Of a stretch of DNA of 64,000 bases, positions 48,961-58,146 are shown in pieces. This stretch comes from Candidatus Bathyarchaeia archaeon (GTDB lineage Archaea; Thermoproteota; Bathyarchaeia; Bathyarchaeales; Bathycorpusculaceae). The notes under the pieces were generated by a model. That model was not told the origin of the DNA. It made no database searches and was given only the letters and a program-made list of their open reading frames with translations. Every line of letters starts with the position of its first letter. The first letter of the stretch is position 1. Where the stretch lies: contig JBEKSS010000007.1 in NCBI GenBank assembly GCA_049516875.1, forward strand, positions 64,001 through 128,000, read 5' to 3'. The position numbers and the translations under genes are program-made.

Positions 48961-48985
48961 CAAACTAGTGTTGAGGTGAAAAGAA

Positions 48986-49564
48986 TTGGCGTACAAGTAC
49001 ATTGCTGAAGCGTGGGCCAAGCATGAGAAATCCTACGTTTACGAGCTGATGCGTCAGAGGCTGATTGAATGGCGGAGGCAGTCGGTAATAACGCGCATCG
49101 AGAAACCAACGCGCTTGGACAAAGCTCGAAAGCTTGGCTACAAGGCTAAGCAGGGCTACGTTGTCGTGCGTGTCCGCGTGAGAAAAAGCGGCATGAGGAA
49201 GCAGAGGCCGAGGGCAGGAAGAAGACCCAAGCGTATGGGTGTGAAGAAATTCAAGTATTCCAAGAGCATGCTGCTGATCGCTGAAGAGCGGGTTGGAAGA
49301 AAATTCCCGAACCTTGAAGTACTGAATTCTTACTGGGTTGGCGAAGACGGCGTTTCCAAATGGTTCGAAGTGGTCTTGGTTGACCCTCATCATCCTGTTA
49401 TCCGGGCAGATGACCGCATAAACTGGATAGGTCAGAAGCAGCATCACAGAAGGGTCTTCAGAAGCCTCACGAGCGCAGGAAAGAAAGTTAGAGGCCTAAG
49501 AAGAAGAGGACGCGGCGCTGAGAAATTCAGACCCAGCTTAAAAGCAGGCACAGGAGAAAAATAG
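48986..49564 (+). CDS. rpl15e: 50S ribosomal protein eL15
   Basis: [41 protein letters not shown]; GAGGTGA RBS. Confidence 0.97.
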   Translation: MAYKYIAEAWAKHEKSYVYELMRQRLIEWRRQSVITRIEKPTRLDKARKLGYKAKQGYVVVRVRVRKSGMRKQRPRAGRRPKRMGVKKFKYSKSMLLIAEERVGRKFPNLEVLNSYWVGEDGVSKWFEVVLVDPHHPVIRADDRINWIGQKQHHRRVFRSLTSAGKKVRGLRRRGRGAEKFRPSLKAGTGEK

Positions 49565-49568
49565 TTTC

Positions 49569-49811
49569 ATGACGACGATAAAGCCGAAAATACTTAAAAA
49601 CGATGGAAAACAGCGGTTGGGAAGAGGTTTCAGTCGAGAAGAACTGAAAAGGGCCGGATCAAGCTTGAAAGAAGCCTTAAGGTTCGGCATACCAGTGGAT
49701 GCCAAAAGAAAAACAGCTCACGAAGAGAACATCGAAGCCGTCAAGACCTTTCTGCAGGAAAAGAAACCCGCTTTCAAGCCTAAGAAACCAAGAGGAAAAC
49801 CTAAAAGTTGA
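49569..49811 (+). CDS. rpl13e: 50S ribosomal protein eL13 (short archaeal form)
   Basis: RLGRGFSREELKRAG...GIPVDAKRKT. Confidence 0.9.
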   Translation: MTTIKPKILKNDGKQRLGRGFSREELKRAGSSLKEALRFGIPVDAKRKTAHEENIEAVKTFLQEKKPAFKPKKPRGKPKS

Positions 49812-49836
49812 GTCCGCGCCAATAGATTCTAGTGGT

Positions 49837-50289
49837 ATGCTTTTGTCTTTCAAGGTTCCGATTGCGTACATTGACATGCGAGTTTTTGCTCACGCAACGG
49901 AAGAGTTGGAGAAAGTTCTAATAGCTGTTCACAACACTCTGCCAACAGAATCGAAAGACACCGTCGTATTCAAGAAGACGACTTTGAACGGTCACCATGG
50001 AAATCCCATAACTCTATTCGAAACGAGAATCAAGAACAGAAAGATAGCTCAGGCATTCCTGGAGAAGCTTGCCTCAGGCCTAAACATGGTGGACAAAGAA
50101 GCGTTGAACAGCGAAATCACGCAGCACTTGGAGAATGGGAATCTGTACATCCGCCTTGACAAGCAATCTGCCTACATGGGCGAGTTCAAACTCAGCTCCA
50201 CTGATCCAATTCATCTGCGAATGCACTTCAGGAAACCCAGCACGGAAGAAGTGATAGACATCTGTAGAAGATTCGGGTTGCTGCCATGA
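49837..50289 (+). CDS. DUF54-like RNA-binding protein (exosome/RNase P gene neighbourhood)
   Basis: HATEELEKV, GHHGNPI, LYIRLDKQ. Confidence 0.8.
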   Translation: MLLSFKVPIAYIDMRVFAHATEELEKVLIAVHNTLPTESKDTVVFKKTTLNGHHGNPITLFETRIKNRKIAQAFLEKLASGLNMVDKEALNSEITQHLENGNLYIRLDKQSAYMGEFKLSSTDPIHLRMHFRKPSTEEVIDICRRFGLLP

Positions 50290-51017
50290 AACGGGTTTAC
50301 GCGGACTTGCACCTGTGCGCAGACTGTGACAGGATGGAGCAGTTTTCACGTGTTGTTGAGAAAGCATCGAAACTCGGTTACGGCTTAATAGCTGTTCCGT
50401 TTCGCAAATCCTCTGAAGAACAGATTCGGCACGTACGGGAAACCTGTGAGAAGGCTGATGTAGACTTTGCATCTCGCGTGAATCTGAGGCCTCGAACGCC
50501 AGAAGAGCTTGTCCTCAGTTTGAGGAAGCTTAGGCGAAGATTTGAGATAGTTGCGGTCATGTGCGAATCAAAAGGTGTTGCGAGGCAAGCCGCAAAAGAC
50601 CGCCGCGTCGACCTTCTAAACTTCCCTCAACCTGACTTTCGCAGGAGTTTCTTCGATGCGGCTGAAGCTGAATTAGCATCAAACTGTCTGGCTTCCCTTG
50701 AAGTAGACGTGAAACCGTTGCTAACCCTGGAAGGTCCGGCAAGGATTAGGCTTATCTCAAGCTTACGCCGAGAAGTCGCAACAGCCAGAGAATTTCATGT
50801 TCCAATCGTCATTTCAAGCGGAATCTCGGACGAAATGCTAATGCGGAAACCAAGAGAGCTGGCGGCACTGGCATCACTCTTTGATTTGAGCGGAGTTTAC
50901 TCTCTAGAGGCGGTTTCCAAGAATCCTGTGGCGCTGGTCAAAAGGAACAGGGAGAAGCTCGGGTCAAAGTTTGTAGCGCCTGGAATACGATTGATCAGAA
51001 GGGGGAAAGACAGTTGA
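50286..51017 (+). CDS. rnp3: RNase P protein subunit Rpp30
   Basis: YADLH, ARQAAKDRRVDLL, PIVISSG...MRKPRE. Confidence 0.9.
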   Translation: MKRVYADLHLCADCDRMEQFSRVVEKASKLGYGLIAVPFRKSSEEQIRHVRETCEKADVDFASRVNLRPRTPEELVLSLRKLRRRFEIVAVMCESKGVARQAAKDRRVDLLNFPQPDFRRSFFDAAEAELASNCLASLEVDVKPLLTLEGPARIRLISSLRREVATAREFHVPIVISSGISDEMLMRKPRELAALASLFDLSGVYSLEAVSKNPVALVKRNREKLGSKFVAPGIRLIRRGKDS

Positions 51018-51343
51018 AAATAATGAAACGCCGCTACTTAGCAGTGTCGATAGATTCTCATGAAACATTCAACTCACACGAGTTCACGGACGCTGTCTGG
51101 GGCGCTGTTTCAAAGCTTTTCGGAGAGTACGGCGCAAGCCAGACTGGCTTAAACTTGATTCATTATGATGAGACAAAAAAGCTAGTGGTCATGCGCACAT
51201 GGCACAAGACCCTTGAGATGATTCGAACCGCGATAGCATCAATAACCCAGATACGAAGCAAGCCGGTCGCCCTGCACGTTCTCGCGGTCTCAGGGACGAT
51301 AAAGGCACTTTACAGGAAATTAGAGAAACAGTCAGTTTCTTGA
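51014..51343 (+). CDS. rnp2: RNase P protein subunit Pop5/Rpp14
   Basis: KRRYL, LFGEYG, VSGTIKAL. Confidence 0.9.
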   Translation: MKIMKRRYLAVSIDSHETFNSHEFTDAVWGAVSKLFGEYGASQTGLNLIHYDETKKLVVMRTWHKTLEMIRTAIASITQIRSKPVALHVLAVSGTIKALYRKLEKQSVS

Positions 51344-51601
51344 CTGATTCTAATGTACAAAACGTTATGTTCTTTGGTAACATCAAGGAGTTCTGGCCCC
51401 GAAAAGGAAAGAGAGATTCAGTGCGCGTCGGCTGGCGCTGGCCAATAGCGCGCGCCAGTACGGCTGAAGCCAAGCCTCTCGTCAGTAGTACGCTCATTGT
51501 TCCCCTTTCGTTAGTCAGTTCGCTTCGAATCGTCGCTAGACGGACAGCCCCAAAACTTATCAGGAGCAGGGTCAAGGCAAGTGTGACTCCTAGAATAATC
51601 G

Positions 51602-51967
51602 TCAAAGCATTGGACCCAGAACATTTTCACTAAGAATAAATTGATACCAGCCCACATACGTTAGGCTTAAAGGCAGTATTATCCAAGCGAATACTTCGAC
51701 TGAGTGGGGAACGTGCTCGGATGTTTTTTCCTTCATACGCCAAACTGGGAACTTTGACCTGATCTTACGGTTTATGTTTTTGAAAGAGTGCAACACAAGC
51801 CCATAGAGTGCCTCATATAACCCTCTAAGCATGTCATGAGTCTTTGCGAAAAACCTACTCAACCTAGATTTTGCTGCAATTGCCACCTGGTAATCATCAT
51901 TACTTTGGTTAGCGAAGTTTTTTAACCCTTGGGAATTACATCGATTCGGCATCATTGCGCTCATCAT
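51602..51967 (-). pseudogene. Truncated membrane protein gene
   Basis: Protein-like stretch KIRSKFPVWRMKE..WIILP ends at TGA within a hydrophobic region; downstream sequence is degenerate. Confidence 0.4.
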
Positions 51968-52105
51968 AGGAGTCAGTTCGAGGCTTTCTCTGGCTCTAGC
52001 CTGCGCTCAGGAAACGATGCTTGAATTAATATTTGACAAATTCTGTTTTCTGGTGGGGGCGATGCAGCAAAGGCTTTATTTGTGGGAGGGTCATCCGATC
52101 CTTTG

Positions 52106-52167
52106 GGGGATGATGTAGCCGTCCCAGTCTGATTTATGAGATGAAGAACTTATGACGGACAGACCCC
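52106..52167 (+). ncRNA. Box C/D guide sRNA
   Basis: GGGG/CCCC stem; C box ATGATGT 52110; 12-nt guide; D' CTGA 52129; C' ATGAAGA 52141; 12-nt guide; D-like CAGA 52160; TATA-like tttatt at 52075. Confidence 0.7.
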
Positions 52168-52403
52168 GGATAATGGTTCATTTCTGAACGTGATTTTTAA
52201 TCCTAGTGTCCTTTTCCTCTTCATCAAAGATAATGGCGAAGGACATAACTATGAAAAAGAAGCCCTCCATGTGAATTTAACATACAATGCAAACTCGTGC
52301 GTCGAAAACTCCAAAACCATTGTGCCCGTCGCAATCAGCAGCACGAATGCTTTTTCAAGGTGCCTGTTCTTCAATGAATCTGTAGAGTGCACTGAAGTTA
52401 GGT

Positions 52404-52805
52404 TTAGTGACGCATACATTCAACCATTTTTGCACATGTTAGGCACTCGTCAGGAAAAGGCATGTTCTTCTGATGCTTGTTTAGATACCCAAAGAAATGC
52501 CCGCACTTCACTGCGTCTTCTGGCTCTGCCATCAGCTTCCTCGGTTCCACATTCAAGACTTTGCCCTTTTCTTCCTTCTCTTCCGCTGACGCTCTGAAGC
52601 GTTGAACCTTGGTCATGCATCGTGGGCATGCGTAGTACGTTTGTGTTTGGCCACTGGTTGAGACCGTCGCCAATATTGGTCTTCGGAATGTTCTTCCACA
52701 CTCGTCGCACGTGAAGTCTTTTTCGTGAGTTTTTAAGGGGCAGTCTTCTTCGTCTAGTTTCCATAGGTCTTGTTCTCTTTGCATTCTGTTCAACCTCTGA
52801 ATCAA
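52404..52805 (-). CDS. Cys-rich Zn-finger protein
   Basis: CDEC, CPRC, CGH, CLTC..C motifs; start uncertain. Confidence 0.7.
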   Translation of the reverse strand: MIQRLNRMQREQDLWKLDEEDCPLKTHEKDFTCDECGRTFRRPILATVSTSGQTQTYYACPRCMTKVQRFRASAEEKEEKGKVLNVEPRKLMAEPEDAVKCGHFFGYLNKHQKNMPFPDECLTCAKMVECMRH

Positions 52806-52867
52806 TATCTCAAATGCTAATATTTAATAAACCTTTTTGTCTACACGCTCAACAAGAAGACACTTAG

Positions 52868-52962
52868 TGGGCCCGCCCGGATTTGAACCGGGGATCTTCG
52901 CCGCTTCCTCCGGCATGTGAGCCGCGTGAGGGCGACGTCCTAGCCAGCTAGACTACGAGCCC
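52868..52962 (-). tRNA. tRNA-Val(CAC) with 21-nt intron (about 52905-52925)
   Basis: GGGCTCG/CGGGCCC acceptor, TCGCC/GGCGA anticodon stem, CAC anticodon, TTCAAAT T-loop; intron hairpin cggc-tcacat-gccg. Confidence 0.93.
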
Positions 52963-53540
52963 TCTTAACCCTCTTTCCAGCACATCTCTGCCTTTGTCTC
53001 TGCTGATTCTGGCTCTGAAATACGTATTCCAGCTTCATAAAACCTTTCCTTAAGAGCCTTGAACAAGAGAAGTGTGACTTGTATGAGCATTTCTGGTTAC
53101 GACAGGAAGTTTGAAGAGGAACAGAAAATTGACAAGGTTCTTTTGACTTTGTGCTTTTTGATGTCCGCTGTCATTGGTTACGGCATAATTCATTTTCTAC
53201 CCCTCTAGTCGCTTCTTCAATCTTCGTCAACTGTTTTCCCGCATTTTTCTATCCAGAGAATTGAAATCATCCCAGCTCCCAATCAGGCAAACGTTTCCCA
53301 GCTTTCACTTCCAATGTGAACAAAACGGTTAGCGGAACTTGTGAAACAATGTGTCACAAACCTTTTAAGCGGTTATGTTCACATTGATTCAATCAGAGGT
53401 GCAAGTGGGCACATTTACACGGAGATTCTTTCCCTTCTCCTTCGTGTGCAATGAGAAAACAAGCTTGCACCTCTCCCTTCTTAGAATTCAATTCAGAAAA
53501 CTTAAAAGCACATTTGCCTTTCTTTTGAACTGCTATCATT

Positions 53541-53645
53541 GCCGAGGTAGCTCAGCCTGGGAGAGCGCTCGACTCGATGCATCCGTGCTTGAGGGCGAAG
53601 CTGAAGACCGAGTTGTCGCCGGTTCAAACCCGGCCCTCGGCACCA
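53541..53645 (+). tRNA. tRNA-Phe(GAA) with 28-nt non-canonical intron (53572-53599, position 30/31), CCA encoded
   Basis: GCCGAGG/CCTCGGC acceptor; removing the intron restores CTCGG-CTGAAGA-CCGAG; BHB motif present. Confidence 0.93.
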
Positions 53646-53784
53646 ATAAGCTCGATTTTCCTAGTAATCTGTAGGAATAAGCCTATTAAGTTCCAATCAA
53701 TAACATTTCTTCCAGATGCTGAACGCTTAGGCCTTACGATGAGACGTGATGGCGGGGCTGTCAACGAGAGTTTTTGGACAGAGG

Positions 53785-54159
53785 TTAACTCGTCAGAATG
53801 TCAGTTGCTCCAATTTCCCTCTTGAACTTCTCAATGAGGTGTTCAGTCTTTTGCTTTCGTTCCTCTTCTTGTTTGTGAAATTCAGTAAGGTTTTCATCAT
53901 CTTGCGGAATTTCTCTTGTATAAGGCCATTTGACGTAGACCTCCGTGCCATTTCGTTTCTCCTTAAATACGAACTCTATCTCTAATGCTTTTCCCACCCA
54001 TCCGGGGCTGTATGCTACCAACAAATAGTGAGGGGGCACTTCCTTTTTTATTACCACGTTTTTCAGGCCCACTTCATTCAATGCCTTTTGAACTAGAGAA
54101 GAACAATCTTCGATACGTGTTCCAACTAGATACTTGCTCTCGAGGAATTTCAGCAGCAT
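53785..54159 (-). CDS. Hypothetical protein
   Basis: 124-aa ORF with globular composition, gggg RBS-like upstream. Confidence 0.65.
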   Translation of the reverse strand: MLLKFLESKYLVGTRIEDCSSLVQKALNEVGLKNVVIKKEVPPHYLLVAYSPGWVGKALEIEFVFKEKRNGTEVYVKWPYTREIPQDDENLTEFHKQEEERKQKTEHLIEKFKREIGATDILTS

Positions 54160-54361
54160 TTCTTGAATTCCCCCGGATATTCGTTAGACTTTCTTCTCAT
54201 AAGCCTTGTTCCGCATCATTCCACTAATGTTGATAGAAAACATGGCACGCACTCTGAGCAGATTAGTGTTTTCAATTCGTCTCTTGTTGCTGCCCTTGAA
54301 TATGGATTTGAGCTTCGTAATTCTTTTACCCTTAAGCAGTGACAGAAACGACACAGGCTCA

Positions 54362-56260
54362 ATGGTTAGCTTTGGTGGGAACGGTATATCCAGAATCGGG
54401 CATGATTCGAGGGGTCTCAGCAACGTAGTAGTGGTTATGTTGAGCCTAGTCATATTGGTCATCATTGTTGTCAATGTGGTTCTCTGGAGTTATCAGATGA
54501 ACGAGTTCGACTTGGAGAGGATGCATGAAGATCTAAAGATCACGGAAGTTGCTCACGTCAACGGTTCTTCTTCTTGGTTTGCGACTCAGAGCGAATTCAC
54601 CGTAGACGCTGGCAGCAGAGTGTCTGGCACTTACATGGACACCCAGAGCATCGACGGTTCATACGAAAGTTTTGAAGAGAGCAGTGTGCGTGCAGGGGGT
54701 CTGAACTGGTGGGATACAGACTACGCGCATCGCGCAAGAGTAACTGTCATGAACACCGCGACATCGGCTCTCAGTATGAACTATTCCGTTTCTTTAACAA
54801 TGGACACTGCTATGATGGTTTCTTCCGGCAAAGTCATGCCCAGCGGCAATGACTTAAGAGTCATCTATAAATCTGGAAGCATCTGGGTCGAACTTGACAG
54901 GGAAGTCGATGGCATGAACACCTCCTCTACTCAGATATGGTTTAAAACTCAGGCATCAATCCCGGCAAACGGTTCGGACAATGACTACTACGTATACTAT
55001 GGAAACCCGAACGCTGGAAATCCACCCTCAAACAAGAGCAATATTTACTTGTGGTTTGACGATTTCAACAGAGCAGATAAGCCAGATATTACCACAGAAA
55101 CTTCATATCAAGAAAAGACTGGCGGCGGCACTTGGTCCATTCAAAATGGCACACTCCGGAATGTTGGAGCCAGTGGAGATCCGAACAAGCTGATAATCAC
55201 AGCACTGGGCAACGTTACAGCGGATGTCGATATGTTCGTGGAAATAAAGGTGTCATCTTTTGCCGGGGGTGATACGAGTAGAATGGGTCTGTCCTGTTGT
55301 ATGGACACGAGTCCCTCTAGAGGCAGCGGTTACTGCGGCTTGTTTTATAACGACGAAAACAGTCTCGACCTTCTGAATGACCTGCGTTCTTGGGGCACGC
55401 ATGGAACGTACAGTTGGTCGCTGAACACTTGGTACTCCATGCGATTCAGGGTTATCGACCCATCCAGCAGGCTTGGGAAAGTTAAAGTCTGGCCAGTTGG
55501 AACGGTTGAACCCAGTTCATGGACAAATGATGCAAATTTCGGATCTGGAAGCGCCAGAAGCTACGGCGAAGTTGGGTTTGCAGGCTCGAGAACGTCCGAC
55601 ACAACCTACTTTGACGACGTCGTCATCCGTTACATCACGAGCCCCGAGCCCTCAATTTCTCTAGGTGCAGAGGAGAGTCAATTCAACAATAAGCTTGAAA
55701 TCGACGGCTCTTTTCCTGTGGACATCTCGGCTTTTCCTCTCAACCGCGTCCAAACCGTTGAAATACAGATGAGATACAGATCCAGCGACGCAGGCGAGAA
55801 ATGGTACCTGAAGGCTTACAATTGGACATCATCAACCTTCAGCGACTTCGGCTTCAACTCGACGTCAGGCCAATTGCCAACAACAGGGTGGGACAATTAT
55901 GCAGTGAATCTGACTGACCAATGGAACAGTTATGTAAACAGCAACGGAACACTCTACGTGAAGGTATTTGACGAGGGAGCTGACGGGATCCAAACAACCA
56001 TTGGCGTTGATTTTGTAGCCGTAAGGGTGGCAATAGACATGGTGAGATTCACCTTTGAGAACAGCGGCTCCTTCACGTCCCACTTGGTCGCCCTGTGGAT
56101 AGACAACTCTACGTTGCATCAAAGGTATGAGATGAGTGTATATGTCAATTCAGGGGACACTGTAACATACTCTCGTGCTGATGTGAATCTGCCTGAAAAG
56201 CCGTACACCGTTAAGATAGTCACTGAAAGAGGAAACATCGCCATATATTCGTCCAGTTAG
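54362..56260 (+). CDS. Orphan pilin-like protein with class III signal peptide and DUF2341 module
   Basis: DSRG|LSNVVVVMLSLVIL; NDLRV, IWFK, YYVYYGNP, WFDDF; pilin-type C-terminus VKIVTERGN; the ORF track extends to 54206. Confidence 0.82.
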   Translation: MVSFGGNGISRIGHDSRGLSNVVVVMLSLVILVIIVVNVVLWSYQMNEFDLERMHEDLKITEVAHVNGSSSWFATQSEFTVDAGSRVSGTYMDTQSIDGSYESFEESSVRAGGLNWWDTDYAHRARVTVMNTATSALSMNYSVSLTMDTAMMVSSGKVMPSGNDLRVIYKSGSIWVELDREVDGMNTSSTQIWFKTQASIPANGSDNDYYVYYGNPNAGNPPSNKSNIYLWFDDFNRADKPDITTETSYQEKTGGGTWSIQNGTLRNVGASGDPNKLIITALGNVTADVDMFVEIKVSSFAGGDTSRMGLSCCMDTSPSRGSGYCGLFYNDENSLDLLNDLRSWGTHGTYSWSLNTWYSMRFRVIDPSSRLGKVKVWPVGTVEPSSWTNDANFGSGSARSYGEVGFAGSRTSDTTYFDDVVIRYITSPEPSISLGAEESQFNNKLEIDGSFPVDISAFPLNRVQTVEIQMRYRSSDAGEKWYLKAYNWTSSTFSDFGFNSTSGQLPTTGWDNYAVNLTDQWNSYVNSNGTLYVKVFDEGADGIQTTIGVDFVAVRVAIDMVRFTFENSGSFTSHLVALWIDNSTLHQRYEMSVYVNSGDTVTYSRADVNLPEKPYTVKIVTERGNIAIYSSS

Positions 56261-56738
56261 GTGAACGGAACTAGCCGTTACGAAATGGTTTGAACGGTTG
56301 ATGGTGCCTGAGGAGGAAACGAAAGAGCCGCCTCAAGGAACTGGCGCGTACCCCGTAATCATGAACAGACTGTTCAACGCTGAAGTCTAAGCAATGCGTT
56401 GATGAGCCGCGCAACTGGCATTAACCATGCCAGTTTCCCTCTGTGGAGTTGACTAGCAACAACATCGCAAACGTTCCGCGTGGGCTTGCAGAAGCTCTCA
56501 GCTGAAACGTGCATGGAACTTCTTTACGCGAAAATCAAAGGAAAGAGGATGATGCGCATATGCACGATTGAGACTCTAAACTCTTGGATCATTTTAATTC
56601 AGACGTTATCATTGGAAGTATTGGAGAACTCGAATCTGTCTTCAAGCAAGGATTATGACGCAGGACTGAAGTTAACGGGGTCACGTAGAAAAGGAAAATA
56701 GGAACTTCTGCAGAATGTCCTTTGCCGATGGATAATGT

Positions 56739-56816
56739 GCGGTCGTAGTCTAGTTTGGTCTAGGACATCAGCCTGCCACGCTGACGACCCGGGTTCAAAT
56801 CTCGGCGACCGCACCA
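56739..56816 (+). tRNA. tRNA-Gly(GCC), CCA encoded
   Basis: GCGGTCG/CGACCGC acceptor, TCAGC-CTGCCAC-GCTGA, GGTTCAAAT. Confidence 0.96.
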
Positions 56817-57003
56817 AAGATTCCCTCTGAAGAGTAAGAAGAGCTACTGTTTGCATTTCAATGTTCCATGACATGTCGGAACTATTATCATGACGCAGGT
56901 TTGATTCTCAACTTATTCCAAATAAATATTCATTATGAGTAATTCTTATAATTCTAGAATCTGATGATTGTTTGTAATTTGATGCACGTTAACGTGTGGG
57001 GCA

Positions 57004-57504
57004 ATGGATGAATTGAGTGTCGAAAACTCTCATGCGGGCAGGCCTTCAGTGCTGATAGTGGACGATGAAGCTGGGATAAGGAAGCTGTTGATGAAGGTGC
57101 TGGATGAAAACGGCTACAGTCCAGACTCTGTTGAAAACGGCGCTGAGGCAATCCAGAAAGCAAATGAACGGTACTACAACCTTGCGTTGATTGACATAAT
57201 GTTGCCTGATATCAACGGCGTCGAACTGCTAGCTAAATTTAAAATGACGCGCCCGAGAACCAGAAAAATCATTATGACCGGCAATCCGTCGCTTCAAAAC
57301 GCAGTTGAAGCTCTGAATAAAGGAGCAGACGCGTACATAATGAAACCGCTGGAAATCGAGAAAGTCTTGGCAACTCTCGAAGAACAGCTAGACAAGCAAA
57401 AAGAACAGAAAGAAACAATGGTGAAGCTGCTCGAGACAGGACGCATACGTGCGCGCATGGAAGTATTGGGCAGAGAGGGTACTGAAACTCCTGACGTTCG
57501 ATGA
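57004..57504 (+). CDS. Response regulator receiver protein
   Basis: LIVDDE, LIDIMLPD phospho-Asp, MTG, YIMKP; only a helical tail as output. Confidence 0.9.
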   Translation: MDELSVENSHAGRPSVLIVDDEAGIRKLLMKVLDENGYSPDSVENGAEAIQKANERYYNLALIDIMLPDINGVELLAKFKMTRPRTRKIIMTGNPSLQNAVEALNKGADAYIMKPLEIEKVLATLEEQLDKQKEQKETMVKLLETGRIRARMEVLGREGTETPDVR

Positions 57505-57588
57505 ATGGCACAATATGTCGGGTCGGAGAAGTGCGAAATGCTTCTCTCATCTCAAACATGGATGGCCCAAAAAACCGACTGCTACCGC

Positions 57589-58146
57589 TCACATCTGTGG
57601 TATCAGCTGCTGCAGGAAATTCGCTATTATTTCTGGGTTGAGAGCTTCAGGATGGAATAGGCAGCCGTAGAGTCTCTTTCGCCTGTGCCTGATCATACAC
57701 TTGACGTTTCCAGATTCGCCGAGTGTCTCAAAGTCTTCATTCAGTTCTACTGCTCTGGAATTCAGGAAATAAGAATAGAATTCATTTTTGTATGTCAAAA
57801 TACTCTTTAGAACGACCTTGACCTTGTATCTGCCGATTTTTGTCTTCTCGACTAGATTGCTGCCAAAAAGCCTCGCAAGAACCTGCATTCCTGCACAAAT
57901 GCCCAGAATTGGTACATCAGCCTTTCTGATCCACGCGAATTTCTCAATCATGTCTAGATACTCGAAATCCCTCAAAGCTGTTCCGCATATGATTGCCTTT
58001 TCTGCCCGGCTGACGTCACGGCAATTCAGACTCAGGAAGTGCCTCGTAAGAAAGTCTTCTCCAGCCTTTTTTAGAATATCTTCGACGGGCTTGACAAACT
58101 CGAAATAGCCGAGTCTGTCTGAACAGACATTTACTATCAGAATCAC
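57589..58146 (-). CDS. Class I glutamine amidotransferase
   Basis: LGICAGMQ nucleophile elbow, FHPE His-Glu; GTGA overlap with dph6. Confidence 0.85.
   Translation of the reverse strand: MILIVNVCSDRLGYFEFVKPVEDILKKAGEDFLTRHFLSLNCRDVSRAEKAIICGTALRDFEYLDMIEKFAWIRKADVPILGICAGMQVLARLFGSNLVEKTKIGRYKVKVVLKSILTYKNEFYSYFLNSRAVELNEDFETLGESGNVKCMIRHRRKRLYGCLFHPEALNPEIIANFLQQLIPQM

Noticed and set aside
51602-51604. TGA read-through (selenocysteine)
   Set aside because: Further stops follow in frame and no SECIS-like context is seen; simple truncation is more likely
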